A DNA stretch of 63,919 nt, counting the filler, from Chiloscyllium plagiosum (lineage: Eukaryota), in NCBI RefSeq assembly GCF_004010195.1. It is 5 parts of one record of this genome, joined end to end, with 100 filler letters (N's around TTAATTAATTAA, not from the genome) between each part and the next. Parts side by side here need not be neighbours in the genome. Positions count along the whole stretch, not along the records: positions 46,568 to 59,570 come from NC_057716.1; positions 59,671 to 63,919 come from NC_057716.1; 3 more parts are not named here. One strand, written 5' to 3'. The translations under genes were made by a program, and so were the position numbers. Shown piece by piece: positions 50,401 to 62,160 of this stretch (positions are counted from its first letter, which is position 1; each line of letters begins with the position of its first letter). The notes under the pieces were generated by a model. The model was not told the origin of the DNA. It did no database searches and was given only the letters and a program-made list of their open reading frames with translations.

Positions 50401-53400
50401 TGTCGATTCTTGGAGTGGAGCGAGTGAACGTGTCGATTCCTGGAGTGGAGTGGTGCAAACGCATTGATTCCCGGAATGGCGCATTGCCAACATGTCGATT
50501 CCCGGAGTGGAACGGAGTGAACGTGTCAATTCCGGAGAGGAGTGGAGTGAACGTGCCGATTCCCAGAGTGGAACGAGTGAATGTGTCGATTCCCGGAGTG
50601 GAGCGAGTGAACGTGTCGATTCTCAGAGTGCAGCAAAGCGAACGTGGTAACTCTGGAAGTGGAGCGGAGTGAATGTGTCGATTCCCGGTGTGGAGCAGAG
50701 TGAACGTGTTAATTCCCGGAGTGGAGCGAACGTGTCAAATCCCGGAGTGGAGTGGAGTGAATGCGTCAATTGCCAGATCAGAGCGAATGTGCCAATTCCC
50801 GGAGTAGAGCGAATCTGTTAAATCCTGGAGTGGAGCAGAGTAAATGTGTCGATTCCCGGAATGGAGTTGAGCGAACCCGTCGATTCTCGGAGTGGAGTGA
50901 GTGAATGTGTTAATTCCTGGAGTGGAGCGGAGTGAACGTGTGGATTCCCGGAGTGGAGTGGAGCGAATGTGTCGATTCCCAGAGTGGAGCGAGTGAATGT
51001 GTCGAATCCCAAAGTGGAATGATTTGAACGTATCAATTCCCAGGGCGAAGCAAATGTGTCAATTCCCGGATTTGAGCAGATCGATTGTGTCGCATCCCAG
51101 ATCAGAGCGAATGTGCCGATTCCCGGAGTGGAGCGAGTGAACGTGTCAATTCCCGGAGTGGAGTGGAGTGAACGTGTAGATTCCCGGAGTGGAGCGGAGT
51201 GAATGTGTCAATTCCCAGAGAGGAGTGAACGTGTCGAATCCTGGAGTGGAGAGGAGCGAGCGTATTGATTCCTGGAACGGCGCATTGCGAACATGTCGAT
51301 TCCCGGAGTGGAGCGGAGTGAACGTTTCAATTCCCAGAGTGGAGCGGAGTGAACATGTCAATTCTCGGAGTGGAGCAAGTGAACGTGTCGATTCCTGGAA
51401 TGCAGCAAGTGATCGTGTCGAGTCCTGGAGTGGAGAGGAGCGAACATATTGATTCCCGGAATGGCGCATTGCGAACATGTCGATTCCTGGAGTGGAGCGG
51501 AGTGAACGTGTCAATTCCCGGAGAGGAGCGGAGTGAACGTGCCGATTCCCGGAGTGGAACGAGTGAAAGTGTCACTTCCCAGAGTGGAGCGAGTGAACGT
51601 GTCGATTCTCAGAGTGGAGCGAAGCGAACGTATAGATTCCGGAAGTGGAGCGGAGTGAATGTGTCGATTCCCGGTGTGGAGCAGAGTGAACGTGTTAATT
51701 CCCGGAGTGGAGCAAACGTGTCAAATCACGGAGTGGAGCATACTGAACGTGTCGAATCCCGGAGTGGGGCGAGTGAACGCGTCAATTGCCAGATCAGAGC
51801 GAATGTGCCAATTCCCGGAGTGGAGCGAATGTGTTGAATCCTGCAGTGGAGCGGAGTGAATGTGTCGATTCCCGGAATGGACTGGAGAGAACCCGTCGAT
51901 TCTCGGAGTGGAGCGGAGTGACTGTGTCAATTCCCGGAGTGGGGCGAGTGAACGTGCTGTTTCCCAGAGTGGAGTGAGTGAACGTGTCGATTCCCGGAGT
52001 GAGTGGACGTGTCGATTCCCGGAATGGACTGGAGAGAACCCGTCGATTCTCGGAGTGGAGCGGAGTGGATGTGTCAATTCCCAGAGTGAAGCGAGTGAAC
52101 GTGTCGATTCCTGGAGTGTAGCGAGTGAACGTGTTGAATCCTGGAGGGGAGCGAGTGAACGTGTGGAATCCTGGAGTGGAGTGGAGCGAACGCATTGATT
52201 CCCGGAATGGCGCGTTGTGAACATGTCAATTCCCGGAGTGGAGCGGAGTGTACGTGTCAATTCCCGGAGAGGAGTGGAGTGAACGTGCCGATTCCCGGAG
52301 TGGAGCAAGTGAATGTGTCGATTCCCGGAGTGAAGCAAGTGAATGTGTCGATTCTCAGAGTGGAGCAAAGCGAACGTGATAATTCCGGAAGTGGAGCAGA
52401 GTGAACGTGTCGATTCCCAGAGTGTAACAAGTAAATGTGTTGATTCCCGGAGTGGAGCGAGTGAACGTGTCGATTCCCAGAGTGGAGCGAAGCGAACGTG
52501 GTAATTCCAGAAGTTGAGCGGAGTGAAGGTGTCGATTCCCGGTGTGGAGCAGAGAGAACGTGTTAATTCCTGGAGTGGAGCGAGTGGACATGTCGATTGC
52601 CAGAGTGGAGCGAGTGAACGTGTCAATTCACGGAGTGGAGCAAGTGAATGTGTTGATTCCCGGAGTAGAGCGAGTGGACATGTCGATTTCCGGAGCGGAG
52701 GGAGTGAACATGTTAACTCGCGGAGTGGAGCGGATTGAAGGTGTCAAATCCCGGAGTAGAGTGGAGTGAGCGAGTCATTTGCCAGTTCAGAACGAATGTG
52801 CCAATTCCCGGAGTGGAGTGTAGTGAATGTGTCAATTCCCGGAGTGGCGCGAATGTGTCGATTCTCGGAGTGGAGCAAATGTGTCGATTCCCGGAGTGGA
52901 GCAGAGTAAATGTGTCGATTCCCGCAATGGAGCGGAGTGAACATGTCGAATGCCGGAGTGGAGCGAGCGAACGTGTCTATTCCTGGAATGGACTGGAGAG
53001 AACCCGTTGATTCTCGGAGTGGAGTGGAGTGACTGTGTCAATCCCCGGAGTGGAACGAGTGAACGTGCTGTTTCCCAGAGTGGAGTGAGTGGATGTGTCA
53101 ATTCCCAGAGTGAAGCGAGTGAACGTGTCGATTCCTGGAGTGTAGCGAGTGAACGTGTTGAATCCTGGAGGGGAGCGAGTGAACGTGTGGAATCCTGGAG
53201 TGGAGTGGAGCGAACGCATTGATTCCCGGAATGGCGCGTTGTGAACATGTCAATTCCCGGAGTGGAGCGGAGTGTACGTGTCAATTCCCGGAGAGGAGTG
53301 GAGTGAACGTGCCGATTCCCGGAGTGGAGCAAGTGAATGTGTCGATTCCCGGAGTGAAGCGAGTGAATGTGTCGATTCTCAGAGTGGAGCAAAGCGAACG

Positions 53401-56400
53401 TGGTAATTCCGGAAGTGGAGCAGAGTGAATGTGTCGATTCCCAGAGTGTAACAAGTAAATGTGTTGATTCCCGGAGTGGAGCGAGTGAACGTGTCGATTC
53501 CCAGAGTGGAGCGAAGCGAACGTGGTAATTCCAGAAGTTGAGCGGAGTGAAGGTGTCGATTCCCGGTGTGGAGCAGAGAGAACGTGTTAATTCCTGGAGT
53601 GGAGCGAGTGGACATGTCGATTGCCAGAGTGGAGCGAGTGAACGTGTCAATTCACGGAGTGGAGCAAGTGAATGTGTTGATTCCCGGAGTAGAGCGAGTG
53701 GACATGTCGATTTCCGGAGCGGAGGGAGTGAACATGTTAACTCGCGGAGTGGAGCGGATTGAAGGTGTCAAATCCCGGAGTGGAGTGGAGTGAGCGAGTC
53801 ATTTGCCAGTTCAGAACGAATGTGCCAATTCCCGGAGTGGAGTGAACGAATAGATTCCCGGAGTGGAGTGTAGTGAATGTGTCAATTCCCGGAGTGGCGC
53901 GAATGTGTCGATTCTCGGAGTGGAGCAAATGTGTCGATTCCCGGAGTGGAGCAGAGTAAATGTGTCGATTCCCGCAATGGAGCGGAGTGAACATGTCGAA
54001 TGCCGGAGTGGAGCGAGCGAACGTGTCTATTCCTGGAATGGACTGGAGAGAACCCGTTGATTCTCGGAGTGGAGTGGAGTGACTGTGTCAATCCCCGGAG
54101 TGGAACGAGTGAACGTGCTGTTTCCCAGAGTGGAGTGAGTGGACGTGTCGATTCGCGGTGTGAAGTGAGTGAACGTGTCGATTCATGGAGTGGAGCAAGT
54201 GAACGTGTTGAACCCTGGAGGGGAGCGAGTGAACGTGTCAATTGCCAGAGTGGAGCAAGTGAACGTGTTGAATCCTGGAGTGGAGTGGAGCGAACGTATT
54301 GATTCCCGGAATGGCGCGTTGTGAACATGTCGATTCCCGGAGTGGAGCGGAGTGAACGTGTCAATTCCCGGAGAGGAGCGAAGTGAACGTGTCGATTCCC
54401 GGAGAGGAGCGGAGTGAACGTGCCGATTCCCGGAGTGGAACGAGTGAATGTGTCGATTCCCGGAGTGGAGCGAGTGAACGTGTCGATTCTCAGAGTGGAG
54501 TGAAGCGAACGTGGTAATTCCGGAAGTGGAGCGGAGTGAATGTGTTGATTTCCGGTGTGGAGCAGAGTGAACGTGTTAATTCCCGGAATGGAGCGGAGCG
54601 GATGTGTCGATTCCCAGAGTGTAGCGGAGCGAACGTGTTAATTCCCGGAGTGGAGCGAGTGAACGTGCCGATTCCCAGAATGGAGCAGAGTGAACGTATT
54701 GATTCCCGGAGTGGAGCGAGTGAACTTGTCGATTCTCAGAGTGGAGCGAAGCGAACGTGGTAATTCTGGAAGTGGAGCGGAGTGAATGTGTCGATTCCCG
54801 GAGTGGAGCAGAGTGAATGTGTTGATTCCCGGAGTGGAGCGAGTGAACGTGCCCATTCCCAGAATGGAGCGGAGTGAAAGTGTTGATTCCCGGAATGCTG
54901 TGAACGTGTTGAATCCCGGAGTGGAGCGGAGTGGACGCGTCCATTCCCAGAGTGAACATTTCGAACCCTGGAGTGGAGCAGAGCGAATGTGTCAATTCCC
55001 AGAACTTAGTGAACGCGTCAATTCCCGGAGTGGAGCGAGTGAACGTGTGGATTCCCGGAGTGGAGCGAACGTGCCGATTCCCAGAGTGGAGCGAGTGAAT
55101 GTGTCGAATCCCAGAGTGGAGTGAGTGAATGAGTCGATTCCCAGAGTGGAATGAATTGAACGTATCAATTCCCGGGGCGAAGCAAATGTGTCAATTCCCG
55201 GATTTGAGCAGACCGATTGTGTCGCATCCCGGATCAGAGCGAATGTGTCGATTCCCAGAGTGGAGCGGGTGAACGTGTAGATTCCTGGAGTGGAGCATAG
55301 TGAATGTGTCAATTCCCGGAGTGGAGCGAACGTGTTGATTCCTGAAGTGGAGCGAGTGAACGTGTCGATTCATGGAGTGGAGAGTAGCGAACATATTGAT
55401 TCCCGGAATGGCGCGTTGCGAACATGTCAATTGCCGGAGCGGAGCGAGCGAACGTGTCGATTCATGGAGTGGAGAGGAGCGAACATATTGATTCCCGGAA
55501 TGGCGCGTTGCGAACATGCCAATTGCCGGAGTGGAGCGAGCGAACGTGTCGATTCCCGGAATGGACTGGAGAGAACCCGTCGATTCTCGGAGTGAAGTGG
55601 AGTGACTGTGTCAATTTCCGGAGTGGAACGAGTGAACGTGCTGTTTCGCAGAGTGGAATGAGTGAACGTGTCGATTGCCGGAGTGGAGCAAGTGAACGTG
55701 TCGAATCCTGGAGTGGAGTGGAGCGAACGTATTGATTTCCAGGAATGGCGCGTTGTGAACATGTCGATTCCCGGAGTGGAGCGGAGAGAACGTGTCAATT
55801 CTCGGAGAGGAGTGGAGTGAACGTGCCGATTCCCAGAGTGGAACGAATGAAACTGTCAATTCCCGGAGTGGAGTGAGTGAACGTGTCAATTCCCGGAGTG
55901 GAACTAGTGAATGTGTCGATTCCCGGAGTGGAGCGAGTGAATGTGTCAATTCCCAGCGTGGATTGAGTGAACGTGTCGATTCTCAGAGTGGAGCGAAGCG
56001 AACGTGGTAATTCCGGAAATGGAGCTGATTGAACGTGTCGAATCCTGGAGTGGAGTGGAGTGAACGTATTGATTCCTGGAATGGCGCGTTGTGAACATGT
56101 CGATTCCCAGAGTGGAGCGGAGTGAACGTGTCAATTCCCGGAGAGGAGCGGAGTGAACGTGCTGATTCCCAGAATGGAACGAGTGAAAGTGTCAATTCCC
56201 GGAGTGGAGTGAGTGAACGTGTCAATTCCCAGAGTGGAACGAGTGAATGTGTCGATTCCCGGAATGGAGCGGAGTGAACGTGTCAATTCTCGGAGAGGAG
56301 CGAAGTGAACGTGTCAATTCCCGGAGAGGAGCGGAGTGAACGTGCCGATTCCCAGAATGGAACGAGTGAAAGTGTCAATTCCCGGAGTGGAGTGAGTGAA

Positions 56401-59400
56401 CGTGTCAATTCCCGGAGTGGAACTAGTGAATCCCAGAATGGAGCGGAGTGAACGGGTTGATTCCCGGAATGCTGTGAAATTGTTGAATCCCAGAGTGGAG
56501 CGGAGTGAACACGTCCATTCCCAGAGTGGACCGAGTGAACATTTCGAACACTGGAGTGGTGCTGAGCGAATGTGTCAATTCCCAGAACTTAGTGAACACG
56601 TCACTTCCCGGAGTGGAGCGAGTGAATGTGTTAATTCCCGGAGTGGAGCGGAGTGAACGTGTGGATTCCCGGAGTGGAGCGAGTGAATGTGTCGAATCCC
56701 AGAGTGGAGCGAGTGAATGAGTCGATTCCTAGAGTGGAATGAATTGAACGTATCAATTCCCGGGGCGAAGCAAATGTGTCAATTCCCAGATTTGAGCAGA
56801 CCGATTGTGTCGCATCCCGGATCGGAGCGAATGTGTCAATTCCCGGAGTGGAGCGAGTGAACGTGACGAATTCCTGGAGTGGAGAGGAGCGAACATATTG
56901 ATTCCCGGAATGGCGCGTTGCGAACATGTCGATTCCCGGAGTGGAGTGGAGTGAACGTGTTAATTCCCGGAGAGGAGCGGAGTGAACGTGCCGATTCCCG
57001 GAGTGGAACGAGTGAATGTGTCGATTCCTGGAGTGGAGCGAGTGAAGGTGTCGATTCTCAGAGTGGAGCGAAGCGAACGTGGTAATTCCGGAAGTGGAGC
57101 GGAGTGAATGTGTCGATTCCCGGTGTGGAGCAGAGTGAACGTGTTAATTCCCGGAGTGGAGTGGAGCGAATGTGTCGATTCCCAGAATGGAGCAAGTGAA
57201 CGTGTAGATTCCCAGAGAGGAGTGGAGTGAACGTATAGATTCCCGGAGTGGAGTGTAGTGAATGTGTCAATTCCCGGAGTGGAGCGAATGTGTCGATTCT
57301 CGGAGTGGAGCGAGTGAACATGTCGATTCTCAGAGTGGAGCGAAGCGAACGTGGTAATTCCGGAAGTGGAGCGGAGTGAATGTGTCGATTCCCGGTGTTC
57401 TCGGAGTGGACTGGAGTGACTGTGTCAATTCCCGGAGTGGAACGAGTGAACTTGCTGTTTCCCAGAGTGGAGTGAATGGACGTGTCGATTCGCGGAGTGA
57501 AGTGAGTGAACGTGTCGATTCATGGAGTGGAGCGAGTGAACGTGTCGATTCCTGGAGTGGAGCGAGTGAACGTGTCAATTCCCGGAGTGGAACAAGTGAA
57601 CGTATCGAATCCTGGAGTAGAGTGGAGCGAACGTATTGATTCCCGGAATGGCGCGTTGTGAACATGCCGATTCCCAGAGTGGAGCGGAGTGAACGTGTCT
57701 ATTCCCGGAGAGGAGCGGAGTGAACGTGCCGATTCCCAGATTGGAACGAGTGAAAGTGTCAATTCCCGGAGTGGAGTGAGTGAACGTGTCAACTCCCGGA
57801 GTGGAGCGAGTGAATGTGTCGATTCCCGGAGTGGAGCGAGTGAATGTGTCGAATTCCACAGTGGAGCGAGTGAATGAGTCGATTCCCAGAGTGGAATGAA
57901 TTGAACGTATCAATTCCCGGGGCGAAGCAAATGTGTCAATTCCCGGATTTGAGCAGACCGATTGTGTCGCATCCCAGATCAGAGCGAATGTGTCGATTCC
58001 AGAGTGGAGCGAGTGAACGTGGAGATTCCTGGAGTGGAGTTGAGTGAACGTGTAGATTCCTGGAGTGGAGCGTAGTGAATGTGTCAATTCCCAGAGTGGA
58101 GCGAACATGTCGATTCCTGGAGTGGAGCGAGTGAACGTGTCGATTCCTGGAGTGGAGAGTAGCGAACATATTGTTTCCCGGAATCGCGCGTTGCGAACAT
58201 GTCAATTCTCGGAGAGGAGCGGAGTGAGCGTGTCAATTCCCGAGAGGAGCGGAGTGAACGTGCCGATTCCCGGAGTGGAACGAGTGAATGTGTCGATTCC
58301 CGGAGTGGAACGAGTGAATGTGTCAATTCCCGGAGTGGAGCGGAGTGAAAGTGTCAATTCCCGGAGTGTGACAAGTGAATGTGTCGATTCCCTGAGTGGA
58401 GCGCGTGAACGTGTCGATTCTCAGCGTGGAGCGAAGCGAACGTGGAAATTCCGGAAATGGAGCGGAGTGAATGTGTTGATTCCCGGAATGGAGCGGAGCG
58501 GATGTGTCGACTCCCAGAGTGGAGCGGAGCGAACGTGTTAATTCCTGGAGTGGAGCGAGTGAACGTGCCCATTCCCAGAATGGAGCGGAGTGAACGTGTT
58601 GATTCCCGGAATGCTGTGACCTTGTTGAATCCCAGAGTGGAGCGGAATGAACTCGTCCGTTCCCAGAGTGGACCGAGTGAACATTTCGAACCCTGGAGTG
58701 GTGCAGAGCGAATGTGTCAATTCCCAGAACTTAGTGAACGCGTCACTTCCCGGAGTGGAGCGAGTGAACGTGTTAATTCCCGAGTGGAGCGGAGTGAACG
58801 TGTGGATTCCCAGAGTGGAGTGGAGCAAACGTGCTGATTCCCAGAGTGGAGCGAGTGAACGTGTCGAATCCCAGAGTGGAGCGAGTGAATGAGTCGATTC
58901 CCAGAGTGGAATGAATTGAACGTATCAATTCCCGGGGCGAAGCAAATGTGTCAATTCCCGGATTTGAGCAGACCGATTGTGTCGCATCCCGGATCAAAGC
59001 GAATGTGTCGATTCCCAGAGTGGAGCGAGTGAACGTGGAGATTCCTGGAGTGGAGCGTAGTGAATGTGTCAATTCCCGGAGTGGAGCGAACGTGTCGATT
59101 CCTGCAGTGGAGCGAGTGAACGTGTCGATTCCTGCAGTGGAGAGGAGCGATCGTATTGTTTCCCGGAATGGCGCGTTGCGAACATATCTATTCCCGGAGT
59201 GGAGCAGAGTGAACGTGTCAATTCCCGGAGAGGAGCGGAGTGAACGTGCCGATTCCCGGAGTGGAACGAGTGAATGTGTCAATTCCCAGAGTGGAGCGGA
59301 GTGAATGTGTTGATTCCCGGAGTAGAGCGCGTGAATGTGTCGATTCTCAGAGTGGAGCGAAGCGAACGTGGTAATTCCGGAAATGGGGCAGAGTGAATGT

Positions 59401-59570
59401 GTTGATTCCCGGAAAGGAGCGGAGCGGATGTGTCGATTCCCAGAGTGGAGCGGAGCGAACGTGTTAATTCCCGGAGTGGAGCGAGTGAACGTGCCCATTC
59501 CCAGAATGGAGCGCAGTGAACGTGTTGATTCCCCGGAATGCTATGAACTTGTTGAATCCCAGAGTGGAGC
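47463..59570 (+). repeat. Complex CpG-rich satellite; consensus about GATTCCCGGAGTGGAGC(G)GAGTGAACGTGTC (26/30/31-bp monomers)
   Basis: Roughly 12 kb of uninterrupted head-to-tail monomers, with one internal N gap at 47927-48426; ends in a gap. Confidence 0.97.
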
Positions 59571-59670
59571 NNNNNNNNNNNNNNNNNNNNNNNNNNNNNN
59601 NNNNNNNNNNNNNNTTAATTAATTAANNNNNNNNNNNNNNNNNNNNNNNNNNNNNNNNNNNNNNNNNNNN

Positions 59671-60594
59671 ATATCCCAACCCAATCTAGTCCCACCTGCC
59701 AGCACCCGGCCCATATCTCTCCAAACCCTTCCTATTCATATACACATCCAAATGCCTTTTAAATGTTGCAATTGTACCAGCCTCCACCACTTTCTCTTGC
59801 AGCTTATTCCACACATGCACCACCCTCTGCATGAAAAAGTTGTTCCTTAGGTCTCTTTTATATCTTTCCCCTCTCACCCTAAACCAATGCTCTCTAGCTC
59901 TGGACTCCCCCATCCCAGGGAAATAAACCTTGTCTATTTATCCTATCCATGCCCCTCATGATTTTATAAACCTCTATAAGGTCACCCCTCAGCCTCCGAC
60001 ACTCCAGGGAAAACAGCCCCAACTTATTCAACCTCTCCCTACAGCTCAAATCCTCCAACCCTGGGAACATCCTTGTAGGTCTTTTCTGAACTCTTTCAAG
60101 TTTCACAACATCCCTCCAATAGGAAGGAGTTCAGAATTGCACACAATATTTCAACAGTGGCCTAACCAATGTCCTGTACAGCTGCAACATGACCTCCCAA
60201 CTCCTGTACTCAATACTCTGACCTATAAAGGAAAGCATATCAAACGTCTTCTCCACTCTCCCATCTACTTGTGACTCTACATTTAATGAGCTATGAACCT
60301 GCACTCCAAGGACTTTTTGTTAAACAACACTCTCTTGGACCTTACCATTACGTATATAAGTCCTGCTAAGATTTGCTTTCCCAAAATGCAGCATTTATCT
60401 AAACTCTATCTGCCACTCCTCAGACCATTGGCCCATCTGATTAAGATCCCGTTGTAAACCAAGGTAACCCTCTCTCGCTGTCCACTACACCTCCAAGTTT
60501 GGTGTCATCTGCAAACTTACTAACTATACATCTTATGCTCAGATCGAAATCATTTATAGAAATGACGAAAGGTAGTGGACCCAGTACCGATCCT
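59671..60594 (-). mobile_element. CR1 LINE 3' fragment
   Basis: KLERVQKRPTRMFPGLEDL...LRGDLIEVYKIMRGMDR and NFFMQRVVHVWNKL. Confidence 0.92.
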
Positions 60595-61299
60595 GCACTG
60601 TAACATTGGGCGTTTTAGGTAGCAACATATAATGCAGCATTCTAGAAATAAATGAAAGGGATTGGTGATTATCCCTTTGAACTATTTGGCTTGAAGTACA
60701 ACTAACATTGGACATCCTTTTCAGAGGTCACTCGGGTGAGATTCCTGGCTGGAAGTGACAGTCAGTCTCAATATTCTGTGCACTCTCCTCGAGAAGATTG
60801 CCTTAATTTTAATACAGTCGGGCAAGAGCTTTGGGGAAAAAATACAGAAAAGTTCAGAAGTCCATAATAAAGAGAAAGACCAAAATGTTAAAGGTGACAA
60901 CATAATTGGACAATGAAAATTAAAAAACACCATTCTAACAATGACTAAATAATTAGCAATTTGTGCCTTAATGTAGGCACTTTTCCCTTCTTCAACACAA
61001 ATTTCTCCTTGTTCGTTTTGTTGAAAAGAACATAAATCTAAAATATATGCATTCCATCTGCAGCTTCTGTTCAATTTAGCAAATAAGAAAGTCTTGCTTG
61101 GAGCACAGTAGGGTGCTGTTATTTTTCAGCGCAGATTCTATTTTTGAATGATATTTTCCTGTATAATCCCTACATCAATATCATTTCTTTTGGAATGATG
61201 TATTTTCTAAGCTGCTTCATAGCATTCCAACAAATTGAATGAATGCTGCCTTGTGGTATGATTTATGGATTTGCTAAAGGGAAATGTGAGGGCGATCTT

Positions 61300-61600
61300 G
61301 TTCTACCATACTAAGTCTTTCTTTCTTTTCTAGCATATTTGGCATTAGCTGTAATGTAGCCTGACTTTTCTCCATTTTTTTTGTCCAAGGTGATGATAAT
61401 GGCATCATGGATATCCTGTGAAATCCTTCCTGCTCCCTGAAGTTCATGAAAAACGTTGTGAGGCTTGGTGTGAATGGGATGGCCAGAATGCTTCATGGCT
61501 TTTTGTGAACTCCATCAATTCTGGGGCATTAGTCACTCTTCATTTGTTTGATCACAATTTCCTCCAGAATTGGGCTTTCATCCAGGTTTTCATTGACAGA
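61300..61600 (-). mobile_element. RTE-clade RT fragment
   Basis: ISQDIHDAIIITLDKKNGEKSGY resembles RTE IPQDxRDAxIxTxxKKGDxSDC. Confidence 0.6.
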
Positions 61601-61719
61601 TGTTTGCTGTAGTTAACAGCAATATCAAACACCATGTATTTTGTGAGTGCTTCAGATAGCTTGGATCAGAAATCCAGGACTGACTTTGTTGGTCTTTCCA
61701 TCGGACTTCCTCAGGGTTT

Positions 61720-62160
61720 TCAGTTATACAGGGCACTGGGGAGACCACATCTGCAATACGATGTACTGTACTGGTCACCATATAGATGGGAGGATGTTAA
61801 TGTATTGGAAGCAGATCAGAGATGCCTAGATTGAATGGCTTGCCTTATGAGGTAAGGCTAGTCAGTCTAGCCCTGTATCCTTTGGAATTTAGAAGAGTCA
61901 GACGTGACTAAATTGAAACATGTAAGAGCTTGAGGGGACTTGACTAGGTAGATGTTAAAAGGATCTTGTGAGAGAATCTAGAACTAGGAATTATAGTTTA
62001 AAAATAAGAGGATGCCCATTTAAGAATGAGATGAGGAAACACTCTCAGTGTTGTGAATCTTTGGAATTCCCTTCCTCAAAAGGCAGTGTCTGTATCATCT
62101 TGTAATATTTTTGAGGCAGAGGTAGATATGTTTTTGATTCCAAGCAGATGAAAGATTATT
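61720..62160 (+). mobile_element. Old CR1 3' fragment
   Basis: QLYRALGRPHLQYDVLYWSPY...VLEADQR. Confidence 0.8.

Noticed and set aside
47062..59570. CRISPR-like array (about 30-bp repeats)
   Set aside because: Monomers are head-to-tail with no unique spacers, there are no cas genes, and the context is vertebrate.
47086..59622. Many long ORFs (up to 301 aa without Ns) with STPGIDTF or VERVNVSIPG repeats
   Set aside because: They occur in all frames on both strands, shift frame with 26/30/31-bp monomer length and lack splice context, so they are satellite read-through.
16574..59670. TTAATTAATTAA palindrome recurring four times
   Set aside because: Always centred in N44...N44; it is a synthetic gap linker, not biology.
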